NCBI GenBank assembly: GCA_002483745.1
Contig: DLIM01000006.1
Coordinates: forward strand, 18,193 to 76,907
Direction: 5' to 3'
Source: Bacillales bacterium UBA7642
Lineage (GTDB): Bacteria > Bacillota_I > Bacilli_A > RFN20 > CAG-288
DNA length: 58,715 nt
Positions 38,665 through 47,393 of this stretch are shown here, piece after piece. Numbering within the stretch: the first letter of the stretch is position 1; each line of letters begins with the position of its first letter. Under the pieces are notes generated by a model that did not search any database, was not told where the DNA came from, and saw nothing but the letters and a program-made list of their open reading frames with translations. The translations under genes were made by a program, and so were the position numbers.

Positions 38665-39774
38665 ATGAAAGAAGAGATGGTTGCAATGATCCTCGCCGGT
38701 GGCCGTGGCACACGTTTACAGTCATTGACGGCGAAAGTCGCTAAGCCAGCTGTGTTTTTTGGTGGTAAGTATCGTATTATTGATTTTCCTCTCTCCAATG
38801 TTGCTAATTCTGGTATTCATGCAGTTGGTGTAGCTACTCAGTATGAATCAACTGCGCTCAATAACTATATTGGTACTGGAAGGAACTGGGGCTTAAATGG
38901 AAATGGAGCTTTAACTTCTATTCTCCCTCCTAGAGAGACTCCTAAAGGTGCTAACTGGTATTCTGGAACAGCTGATGCTATTTATCAGAATATTGATTGG
39001 CTAGATAAGACACACTGTGAATATGTTGTCATTCTTTCAGGCGATCATGTGTATAAGATGGATTATTCTGAGATGCTTAACTTCCATAAGAAGAATGCCG
39101 CTGATGTTACTATTTCCTGCATCAAGGTTCCTTTATCTGAGGCACCCAGGTTTGGTATTGTCTGCACTGATAAGGAAAACCGTATTAATGAATTCCAAGA
39201 GAAACCTAAGGTTCCTAAATCAGATTATGCATCAATGGGTATTTATATTTTTACCTATTCTCTATTAAGAGAAGCTTTGATTGCTGATGCCGACAACAAG
39301 AAATCAACTCATGATTTCGGTAAGGATATTCTTCCTGATTTTCTAGCTTCAGGAAAGAGACTCTTTGCTTATCCATTCACTGGTTATTGGAAGGATGTTG
39401 GAACTATTCATTCTCTTTGGGAATCCAATATGGATCTTCTTGATGATAAATGCACCCTTGATCTCTTCTCTGATGAGTTCAAGATCTATTCAGCTGATAC
39501 TTTCTCAACTCCTCAGTTTATCTCTCCTTCAGCCTCGGTCGATGATTGCATCATCAACCAAGGTGCTGTCATTAGAGGCCAGATTGTTCATTCAGTCATC
39601 TCTAATGAGGTCACTGTTGAAAAAGGCGCTTATGTTCAGGATAGTTTTGTGATGCCTGGAGCTATCATCAAAGCCGGTGTCAAGGTCATTGATGCCATTG
39701 TCGGTAGTTCAGTGGTAGTCGATAAAGACAAGATTGGCACTCCTACTGATGCTCTTCTTGTGAATGATAAGTAA
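38665..39774 (+). CDS. glgC: Glucose-1-phosphate adenylyltransferase
   Basis: AMILAGGRGTRLQSLT N-terminus, FGGKYRIIDF, a C-terminal left-handed beta-helix repeat, and an AAAGGAGG RBS. Confidence 0.9.
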   Translation: MKEEMVAMILAGGRGTRLQSLTAKVAKPAVFFGGKYRIIDFPLSNVANSGIHAVGVATQYESTALNNYIGTGRNWGLNGNGALTSILPPRETPKGANWYSGTADAIYQNIDWLDKTHCEYVVILSGDHVYKMDYSEMLNFHKKNAADVTISCIKVPLSEAPRFGIVCTDKENRINEFQEKPKVPKSDYASMGIYIFTYSLLREALIADADNKKSTHDFGKDILPDFLASGKRLFAYPFTGYWKDVGTIHSLWESNMDLLDDKCTLDLFSDEFKIYSADTFSTPQFISPSASVDDCIINQGAVIRGQIVHSVISNEVTVEKGAYVQDSFVMPGAIIKAGVKVIDAIVGSSVVVDKDKIGTPTDALLVNDK

Positions 39775-39791
39775 AAGGGAGGGAGATAATC

Positions 39792-40907
39792 ATGTCAGTC
39801 AAAGTACTTGGCTTAGTTAATTGCTTCGATAATCCGGAATTTGGCCCGATGACACGTCATCGTTCCATTGCCTCTACTTCCTTCTTAGGACGTTATGCTT
39901 TTATGGATATGGCTTTGTCGAACTTCTTGAATTCCCATATTCCTTCAATTGGTATTCTCTGTCAGAACCATATTAGATCTTTAACTAGACACGTTGGCTC
40001 TGGAAGAGCCTGGACTTCTAATACGAAAATCGGTGATTTCCAGATTCTTTATGATGAACCTAATGTTGCTAATCCTGGATATAACACTGATGTTGCTGAT
40101 TTGACTGAGAACCGTTGGTTCTTGAAGCAAGTTAATCCTGATTATGTGGTTATTGCACCTCCATATATGGTTTATGAAGCTAACTTTGATGCCTTAATCA
40201 AGGACCATATTGCTTCTGGTGCCCGTATCACGATGCTTTATACTCATGCCACTAACTTGAAGAGAGCGTTTATTAATACTAACAAACTTTTAATCTCTGA
40301 AAGAGGCAAGGTTACGAAGATGGAGCCTAACCGTGGCGAAAGCGAAGAAGGCGATGTTTCTTTATGCACATACATCATGGATTACCCGATGCTTGAGAGT
40401 CTTCTTGAATATGCTAAAGGGACTTCTTCTTTCTTTGGCTTAGCTGATACCTTGAATTATCTTTCTCCCTCAGTCCTGATCAGAGCGGTCAAACATAATG
40501 ACTATGTGAGATCATTTGATTCCTTAAGCCACTATTTAAAGTTCTCCCTCGAGCTTCTTGATGAAACTACCTTCCATCAGCTTTTCAAGGACAAATGGCC
40601 GATTTATACTAAGACTTATGATACTCCTCCGGTTCTTTATAAGCATGGCTGCCAGGTGGAGAACTCCTATATTGCAAATGGCTCCATCATTGAAGGAACG
40701 GTTATCAATTCTGTCTTAGGAAGAGGGGTAGTTGTTAAGAAAGGGACTGTCATCAAGAATGCGGTCATCGGCTCTGATGCCATCATTGATGAGAACACCC
40801 ATATTGAGAACGCTGTTGTCGATAAGGAAGCTCAGGTTCTTCATATTTCGGAAGTTGTGGGAACTTTGGATGATCCTCTCTATATAGCTAGAGGAGACAT
40901 CGTTTAA
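39792..40907 (+). CDS. glgD: Glucose-1-phosphate adenylyltransferase regulatory subunit GlgD
   Basis: GlgC paralogue lacking the GGxGxR loop (LGLVNCFDNPEFGPMT), located immediately after glgC as in Firmicutes. Confidence 0.8.
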   Translation: MSVKVLGLVNCFDNPEFGPMTRHRSIASTSFLGRYAFMDMALSNFLNSHIPSIGILCQNHIRSLTRHVGSGRAWTSNTKIGDFQILYDEPNVANPGYNTDVADLTENRWFLKQVNPDYVVIAPPYMVYEANFDALIKDHIASGARITMLYTHATNLKRAFINTNKLLISERGKVTKMEPNRGESEEGDVSLCTYIMDYPMLESLLEYAKGTSSFFGLADTLNYLSPSVLIRAVKHNDYVRSFDSLSHYLKFSLELLDETTFHQLFKDKWPIYTKTYDTPPVLYKHGCQVENSYIANGSIIEGTVINSVLGRGVVVKKGTVIKNAVIGSDAIIDENTHIENAVVDKEAQVLHISEVVGTLDDPLYIARGDIV

Positions 40908-42313
40908 TGAATATCCTTCTCGTCACTAGTGAAGCCTTACCTTATGCTAAGTCAGGCGGTTTAGCTGATTTCATCTATTCCTATTCCAAAGCCTTAGTCA
41001 AGGAAGGTGAGAAGGCTTCTGTCATTATGCCTCTTTATAACATCGTCAAACAGAAGCATCCTGAAGTTACTCAGCAGCTATTTGATCAGTTTGAATTCAA
41101 AATGAACTGGAGAACCCAGGGCTGTGGCGTTTTCCATGTTGTTAACCATGGGGTTGATTTCTATTTTACGGCTATGGATAGATTTGAAAGAGATAACCTT
41201 TATGGCTATGGTGACGATAATGAAAGATTTGCCTGTTTTATGATGGCAGTCAATACCTTTATCACTAGGCATAATGATTTTGATGTGGTTCACTGCAATG
41301 ACTGGGAGACGGCGGTCCTACCTTTGCTTTTAAACTATAATTCCAAGTCAATCAAGACCGTTCTTACTATTCATAATCCTGCTTATCAGGGCTGGGCTAA
41401 AAGAGAAGACCTTTCTTTATACTTCAATCTTCATACTGGCTATTATGACACCGGCTATGCCCGTCTAGGCGATTCCTTCAACTATTTGAAGACTGGTATT
41501 ATGTCAGCTGATAAGGTCAATACGGTCTCTAAGACGCATGCTAATGAATTGATCAATGATCACAACGGCTTTGGCGGAATCGGAGCCATTATTGATTGGT
41601 GCCGTCACTTTGATTTTTCCGGAATTGTCAACGGACTTGATACTGAAGTTTGGAATCCTCAGACCGATAAAAATTTAGCCAAGAACTATGGTATTGAAGA
41701 CTATCAGGAAGGGAAAAGAGCAAATAGAGAAGCTATCCTCAAGAAGTTAGGCATGAAGGATGACTTTAAAGGACCCTTATTCTCGGCTATTACTAGGCTT
41801 TCTGGTCAAAAAGGCGTTGAAAGAATCATGGATACCTTTGCTAATCTCCATGCAGCCGATGCCCGTTTGATTGTTATTGGAACCGGTGAGATGGAGAATC
41901 AATTCCTCTATAAATCGCTTCCTTATCCGGAAGTGTATTTCATTAAACGCTATGATGAAAGCTTGGCCCATCTTCTCTATGCCGCCTCTGATTATTTCCT
42001 GATGCCTAGCTACTTTGAACCCTGTGGGACTTCTCAATTGATTTCTATGCGTTATGGAACCGTTCCGATTGTTTCTAATGTCGGCGGCCTTAATGATACC
42101 GTCAAGGATCTATCAAGAGGCCAAGAGGCTACCGGCTTTGTCTTCAACAATTCTGATTATTATGGCTTCATCAATTGCTTTAGGGCCGCTGAGGATTACT
42201 TCCATAATCCTAACTTCCATGTCTTAATTGAAAACGGCATGAAGGGCGATTATAGCTGGTCCAAATCGGCTAAAGAGTACTTGGCGCTTTATAATTCAAT
42301 CAGTTGGAAGTAG
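40907..42313 (+). CDS. glgA: Glycogen synthase (ADP-glucose type, GT5)
   Basis: MNILLVTSEALPYAKSGGLADF N-terminus (KxGGL motif), then PSYFEPCG and a C-terminal SW motif. Confidence 0.9.
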   Translation: MNILLVTSEALPYAKSGGLADFIYSYSKALVKEGEKASVIMPLYNIVKQKHPEVTQQLFDQFEFKMNWRTQGCGVFHVVNHGVDFYFTAMDRFERDNLYGYGDDNERFACFMMAVNTFITRHNDFDVVHCNDWETAVLPLLLNYNSKSIKTVLTIHNPAYQGWAKREDLSLYFNLHTGYYDTGYARLGDSFNYLKTGIMSADKVNTVSKTHANELINDHNGFGGIGAIIDWCRHFDFSGIVNGLDTEVWNPQTDKNLAKNYGIEDYQEGKRANREAILKKLGMKDDFKGPLFSAITRLSGQKGVERIMDTFANLHAADARLIVIGTGEMENQFLYKSLPYPEVYFIKRYDESLAHLLYAASDYFLMPSYFEPCGTSQLISMRYGTVPIVSNVGGLNDTVKDLSRGQEATGFVFNNSDYYGFINCFRAAEDYFHNPNFHVLIENGMKGDYSWSKSAKEYLALYNSISWK

Positions 42314-42469
42314 AAGGATTTCTTCTCTTGGCGTTAGTTTCGTGCCGATAAAGCCGATTAGAAGAGCATCAAGACTAAATCGCTCAATTTTTTGTTTACT
42401 TTCAAACTGGCTGGCTTTATAATAAGCCTTGCTGTTTAGAAGAAAAGAATATAACGGAGGTAAAGTGAT

Positions 42470-42655
42470 ATGGCAGTACCTTTTAGAAGAACTGGCGTCA
42501 CCGCTAAGAGACTTAGAAGACAGCATTTAGGATTAAAGGCTACCAATGTATCGGCTTGCCCGAACTGTGGAGCTATGGTTAGACCCCATCATGTCTGCCC
42601 TAATTGCGGTTATTACAACGGCAAGAAGGTCATTGACGTTAAGGAAAAGGCTTAA
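42470..42655 (+). CDS. rpmF: 50S ribosomal protein L32 (zinc-ribbon form)
   Basis: MAVPFRRTGVTAKRLRRQH N-terminus plus CPNCG...CPNCG. GGAGG lies 7 nt upstream. Confidence 0.9.
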   Translation: MAVPFRRTGVTAKRLRRQHLGLKATNVSACPNCGAMVRPHHVCPNCGYYNGKKVIDVKEKA

Positions 42656-42685
42656 TACCTTCTCTCTGTTTCTGTTTTAGAAAAT

Positions 42686-42710
42686 AAACCCACTCAAGGT
42701 GGGTTTTTTA
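42686..42710 (+). terminator. Rho-independent terminator after rpmF
   Basis: Stem aaacccac/gtgggttt with a 5-nt loop, followed by TTT run. Confidence 0.7.
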
Positions 42711-42729
42711 TTCTTGTTAGGAGGAATGA

Positions 42730-43179
42730 ATGACATTCTTAGAAAAAATTACTTTTTTGACTGGTAAGTTCCTTCAACTTTCTCAGTATGTCCTTAAAAA
42801 CGCCTATCGTGCCGTCTCTTTAATCGATGCTAAAGAAAAATATGATCAGAAGGAAGAGAAAAGCTTAGTCTTAGCAGCTAGCGAAGTCAAAGCCATCAGT
42901 CTTATTACTGATATGGAGAACAAAGGCTCTGCTGAATTAATATCCTTCTTCAACGATAAAGGCTTAGATGAAAAAGATAAGGCTTCTTTGAAGACACTTC
43001 TTCTGAAGAGAGACTATCTGGTTTCTTATTTTTATATTGATAATGCTAATAGTCTTGCTAAAGAAGATCCTGGCATCTATGAGAGCAAGATTGCCGAGCT
43101 TAATGACTATTGCTCAATGGCTACTAAGCTTAATAAGTCCTTGTCTAAGGTCTGCGATGATATTTATGAGACGATGTAA
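42730..43179 (+). CDS. Hypothetical helical protein
   Basis: 149-aa ORF with its own terminators on both sides. AGGAGG lies upstream. I recognise no motif. Confidence 0.5.
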   Translation: MTFLEKITFLTGKFLQLSQYVLKNAYRAVSLIDAKEKYDQKEEKSLVLAASEVKAISLITDMENKGSAELISFFNDKGLDEKDKASLKTLLLKRDYLVSYFYIDNANSLAKEDPGIYESKIAELNDYCSMATKLNKSLSKVCDDIYETM

Positions 43180-43184
43180 GTATT

Positions 43185-43214
43185 AAACCGGTCTTGAAAG
43201 GGACCGGTTTTTTC
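43185..43214 (+). terminator. Rho-independent terminator
   Basis: 9-bp stem aaaccggtc/gaccggttt with an 8-nt loop, followed by TTTT. Confidence 0.7.
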
Positions 43215-43329
43215 TTTCAAAAGAGGCTTTTAGCCAAGAAAGTTGAAACTTTTTTGTAGTATTTAGCAGTTCTTCTTAATTTATACTAGATTATCGACTA
43301 TAATTAATAAATACAGGTGAAATTTTAAC

Positions 43330-44607
43330 ATGGAAGATTTAATACCAGCGTATCTGGCCGTTAAGCAGATTATCTCTGAAAGAAAGCCTTATGCTTCCAC
43401 TATCTTTAAAGTCCTTCAGACAGAGAAGGTTGCTCCTTCTTCAGCTAAGAGGATTAGGGTAGTTGTTTACGGAGTTTTGAATAACTATAACAAGCTTTGC
43501 TTTGAGTCATTGAATATCTTTGACGAATATAAGAAAGATTCTGATGAATCATTTTTGAACATTGTCACTATCTATGAAATCAGGACTTTCCCTGAAGATG
43601 AAGAGGAGATTCTGACTTCTTATATCAATTCTTTTGAGGTTTTGCGTTTGTTTGGTGACGCCAAGACCAATTCTAACAAGATCAAGGAAGCATTAAAGAC
43701 TCCTTTTAAGATTCCCGATGAAGTTAAGGAACTGCCTTTCTCTTATAATGCTTTGACTCTAGAAATGCCGGAATTCCTTTTAAAGATTATGTTTAAGGAA
43801 TTAGGTGGCGATAAAGCAATTGAGTTATCTTTAGCGCTTCATAAAAAGCCTTTCAATTTCTATCAGGCTAATTTATATAAGACTAATAGTGATTTTCTAA
43901 TCAATGACAAGAGATTCGAGAGTACTAAACTAGTTGATGGCACTATTCTTTATAAGTATCTTTCTACTGATCATACCCCTAAAGAAGTTAAAGAGGCTTT
44001 GCTTTACCGTCTTGACTACTCTTTAGCCTTTCCTTATAGCATTATTGAGCTTCCTCAAGTTTCCCCTAAGATCTTAATGGCTGCTTCCAATCATCCTGAC
44101 ACCGGTGCTTTCTTTGCTATGAAGACTAAGGATCTCTTTGAATCGGAGATTATCAGCTGCTTTGCTAACCCTCTTGTTTACCGTTTAGCTGTTGATGAGA
44201 AGAACAAGAACAATCTGACTTCTTTGACTCCTGTTCTTACTCCGGTTAATTTAATCAAGACCTACTATGATTATGATAGCTTTGATTTAGTTTGCTATGA
44301 AGGCGATGATTCTGGAATCGGTCTTTCTAGAAGGCATCCAGGAGCTTTACCCTCATTGACTTTAAAGAGGATGCAGTCTTCTTTCAAGAAACAGGTAAAT
44401 GATCTTTTAGAAGCTAGTGAGTTTGTTAAGAATAACGGTTATCTGTTATTGACTAACAATGCCATCACAGATTTAGAAGGCGCTGATGTCACTGCTGAAT
44501 TCTTAAAGATGAAGAAAAACTTCAGCTTAGTTAAGGAAGCCTATATTTATCCGATGGAAATGAATAGCGACTCTGGCTACTATGCCATTCTTAGGAGAAA
44601 AGAATAA
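43330..44607 (+). CDS. RsmB/Sun-like protein (NusB-like N-domain plus m5C methyltransferase-like fold) lacking the canonical catalytic residues
   Basis: It occupies the rsmB slot upstream of rlmN-stp-prkC-rsgA-rpe. Residual motif IV context FDLVCYEGDDSGIGLSRRHPG aligns with FDxxLxDAPCSGxGxxRRHPD, and GYLLLTNNAI aligns with GxLVYSTCS. Confidence 0.6.
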   Translation: MEDLIPAYLAVKQIISERKPYASTIFKVLQTEKVAPSSAKRIRVVVYGVLNNYNKLCFESLNIFDEYKKDSDESFLNIVTIYEIRTFPEDEEEILTSYINSFEVLRLFGDAKTNSNKIKEALKTPFKIPDEVKELPFSYNALTLEMPEFLLKIMFKELGGDKAIELSLALHKKPFNFYQANLYKTNSDFLINDKRFESTKLVDGTILYKYLSTDHTPKEVKEALLYRLDYSLAFPYSIIELPQVSPKILMAASNHPDTGAFFAMKTKDLFESEIISCFANPLVYRLAVDEKNKNNLTSLTPVLTPVNLIKTYYDYDSFDLVCYEGDDSGIGLSRRHPGALPSLTLKRMQSSFKKQVNDLLEASEFVKNNGYLLLTNNAITDLEGADVTAEFLKMKKNFSLVKEAYIYPMEMNSDSGYYAILRRKE

Positions 44608-45647
44608 TGAAAAGTATTTACTCCTTCTCACTTGAAGAGCTTACTGCTGAGATGCTTCGTTTAGGGCAGTCAAAGTTCCGTTCTAAACAGATTTTTGCTT
44701 GGCTTTATAAGAAAAACGCTTCTAACTTTGATGAGATGAGTGATATCTCTAAAGATTTCAGAGAAGTCTTAAAGGCTAACTATGACTTTAATTTGCCTTC
44801 TCCGACTATTACTCAGGAATCACGTGATGGCACTGTCAAATGCCTTTTTAAGCTTGATGATGGGGAAGAGGTTGAAAGTGTTTTAATGCATTATATCTAT
44901 GGATATAGTGTCTGTGTAACTAGTGAAGTTGGCTGCAATATGGGCTGCGCTTTCTGCGCTTCTGGGCTTTTAAAGAAGAAAAGAGTCTTGCTTCCTCATG
45001 AGATGCTAGGTCAGGTAATAGCCTTTGATAAATATTTGAAGAAGAAGGATCCGGCTTTAGGTGTCACTCATGTGGTTGTTATGGGAACAGGTGAGCCTTT
45101 TGATAACTACGATAACGTTTTATCTTTTGTTAGGATTGTCAATTCTCCCTTTGGACTTGATATTGGTGCTAGGCACATCACTATTTCTACCTGCGGTATT
45201 GCTCCAAAGATTGTTAAATTCGGCAAGGAAGGCTTGCAGGTTAACTTAGCTATTTCTCTTCATGCCCCGAATGATGAGCTGAGAGATAAACTGATGCCTA
45301 TCAATAAGGCTTATCCGTTAGAGGTTTTAATTCCTGCCATTATCCAATACCAGAAAGATAGCGGAAGAAGAGTTACTTTTGAATATATCCTGATTAAAGG
45401 CGTTAATGATTCTATCGATGAAGCTAGGGAGCTTTTCAATTTGATTGCTCCGACTTTCGGTTATGTCAATTTAATCCCTTATAATCCGGTTATGGAGAAC
45501 GGCTTTGAAAGAAGCCCGGATGAGAATATCGAGCTTTTCCATGATTTCCTTTTACAGAAAGGCGTTAAATCAACTATCAGAAAGGAATTCGGAAGCGATA
45601 TTGATGCTGCCTGTGGACAGCTGAGGGCTAAATATGCAAAAAAATAG
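44607..45647 (+). CDS. rlmN: 23S rRNA/tRNA (adenine-C2)-methyltransferase, radical SAM
   Basis: CNMGCAFCASG radical-SAM cluster motif, GTGEP, and the C-terminal cysteine in DIDAACGQL. Confidence 0.9.
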   Translation: MKSIYSFSLEELTAEMLRLGQSKFRSKQIFAWLYKKNASNFDEMSDISKDFREVLKANYDFNLPSPTITQESRDGTVKCLFKLDDGEEVESVLMHYIYGYSVCVTSEVGCNMGCAFCASGLLKKKRVLLPHEMLGQVIAFDKYLKKKDPALGVTHVVVMGTGEPFDNYDNVLSFVRIVNSPFGLDIGARHITISTCGIAPKIVKFGKEGLQVNLAISLHAPNDELRDKLMPINKAYPLEVLIPAIIQYQKDSGRRVTFEYILIKGVNDSIDEARELFNLIAPTFGYVNLIPYNPVMENGFERSPDENIELFHDFLLQKGVKSTIRKEFGSDIDAACGQLRAKYAKK

Positions 45648-46398
45648 CACGGCAATTACTGAAAAGAAAACCATTGCCTGTTTAAGCGATAAAGGCAACA
45701 AAAGAAAAAACAATGAAGATGCTGCCTATACTGCTAAAAGCCAATATGGCACTTTGCTGATTGTCGCTGATGGCATGGGCGGACATCGAAAAGGTGAGAT
45801 TGCCTCTAAATTAGTCATTGATTCTTTGGCTTTGCCTTTTGCTAGCACTAGACATCCTTTTTCGGTCTCTTCAGCTAAGAAATTCATTCATAGCTGTTTA
45901 AAGAAAGCAAATAAGAATATCTACAAGATGTCTTTGAATGTTGAATTCAAGGAAATGGGGACCACTGCAGTTGTTGCCATTAAAGCTAAGAATGGCACTT
46001 TCATCACTTCTATCGGTGATTCTCGCTGCTATACCTATTCTAAGAAAGATGGCCTAGTTTTAAGAACTACCGATCAGACTTATGTCGAACTGCTTTTTGA
46101 AGCCGGCAAGATTGCTAAAGGCGATATCAAGACTCATCCTCAGAGAAACCTTTTAGTTAATGCTATCGGAATCAATCAGGATCTCAGTTCAATTGAGGAA
46201 TCCTCTATTTCTAATTCCGACTATGATTCTTTGCTTCTTTGCTCTGATGGCTTATACAATATGGTTAGTGAAGAAAGTGTTATTGCGACTTTGTCTAACA
46301 TTAAGCTATCAGTTGATGAGAAGGCTAAGGAATTAATCAAGAAAGCACTAGCTGGCGGTGGCAGTGACAATGTCGCTGTGGCCGTTTTGGAGAATTAA
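45634..46398 (+). CDS. stp: PP2C-family Ser/Thr phosphatase
   Basis: NEDA, ADGMGGH and GGSDNV(A) motifs. It sits immediately upstream of the Hanks kinase gene. Confidence 0.85.
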   Translation: MQKNSTAITEKKTIACLSDKGNKRKNNEDAAYTAKSQYGTLLIVADGMGGHRKGEIASKLVIDSLALPFASTRHPFSVSSAKKFIHSCLKKANKNIYKMSLNVEFKEMGTTAVVAIKAKNGTFITSIGDSRCYTYSKKDGLVLRTTDQTYVELLFEAGKIAKGDIKTHPQRNLLVNAIGINQDLSSIEESSISNSDYDSLLLCSDGLYNMVSEESVIATLSNIKLSVDEKAKELIKKALAGGGSDNVAVAVLEN

Positions 46399-46403
46399 TC
46401 AAC

Positions 46404-47393
46404 ATGGATGATGAATTAAAAAGAAACAATGAAGTAATCGATGATCGCTACAAGATCATTAACACCTTAGGAGAGGGCGGAATGGCCGTTGTCTATAAGG
46501 CCCATGATTTAATCACTGACAAGGATGTTGCTATCAAGATGATGAAGCCGGAGACGGCAGCCAACAAGACTAACTTCTCCCGTTTTGAAAGAGAAGCGCG
46601 AGCAGCAGCCTCTTTGAATCAGCAGAATATCGTCAAGGTTGTTAATGTCGGCTCTTATCAAGGGCTTCCCTACATGGTCAATGAATTCATCAATGGCCAG
46701 ACTTTAAGACAGGTTTTGGATGTTAGAGGCAAGTTCTCATTCCTTGAAGCCTGCGATATCATGTATCAGCTTTGCTCTGCTGTCATGTATGCTCACCAGC
46801 ATGGAGTCATTCATCGTGATATCAAGCCCCAGAATATTTATCTGACTAATGATGGAACTATCAAATTAGGTGATTTTGGTATTGCTACTTTTCAGAATGC
46901 CAGTCACGTCACTCGCTCAGAGGTTGTTATTGGATCGGTTCATTATATGGCTCCGGAAATCTCTCAAGGAAATCCGGCTAGTGAAAGAAGCGATATTTAT
47001 TCAATGGGTATTACTTTCTTTGAACTGATTACTGGAAGAGTTCCTTTTGATTCTGATAGTCCGGTAACGGTGGCTTTGATGCATATCAATGAAAAGTTCC
47101 CATCCATCAAGAAATACAATCCTAAGACTCCCGAATCCATTGAGAAGATTATTTACAAAGCCTGTATGAAGAATCCGGTTGACCGTTATTTCTCCGCTGA
47201 AGAAATGCGTAAGGATATTGAGAAGATCCTTAAGAATCCGACCATGCTTCAGGAGAAGAGCGGCTTCTTCTATAATCTGTTCCATCCGCATTCGCCGGAT
47301 AATGAGGCTAAGAGAATTGAAAAGTCTCAGAAGAAAGCCTTATTAAGGGCCGCTAAAGCCGCCAAGAAAGAAAAAAAGCAGGATGAAAGATAA
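46404..47393 (+). CDS. prkC: Hanks-type Ser/Thr protein kinase, kinase domain only (no TM, no PASTA)
   Basis: GEGGMAVVYKA, VAIK, HRDIKPQN, DFGIA and APE motifs are intact. The protein ends after a basic tail (KKALLRAAKAAKKEKKQDER) at 329 aa. Confidence 0.85.
   Translation: MDDELKRNNEVIDDRYKIINTLGEGGMAVVYKAHDLITDKDVAIKMMKPETAANKTNFSRFEREARAAASLNQQNIVKVVNVGSYQGLPYMVNEFINGQTLRQVLDVRGKFSFLEACDIMYQLCSAVMYAHQHGVIHRDIKPQNIYLTNDGTIKLGDFGIATFQNASHVTRSEVVIGSVHYMAPEISQGNPASERSDIYSMGITFFELITGRVPFDSDSPVTVALMHINEKFPSIKKYNPKTPESIEKIIYKACMKNPVDRYFSAEEMRKDIEKILKNPTMLQEKSGFFYNLFHPHSPDNEAKRIEKSQKKALLRAAKAAKKEKKQDER

Noticed and set aside
38556-38798. 80-aa minus-strand ORF spanning the glgC start and upstream region.
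   Set aside because: It is antisense to the well-supported glgC N-terminus and the cre/palindrome region, and it has no RBS.
42296-42526. 76-aa minus-strand ORF overlapping the glgA end and the rpmF start.
   Set aside because: It is antisense to the canonical L32 start and its RBS and has no motif support.
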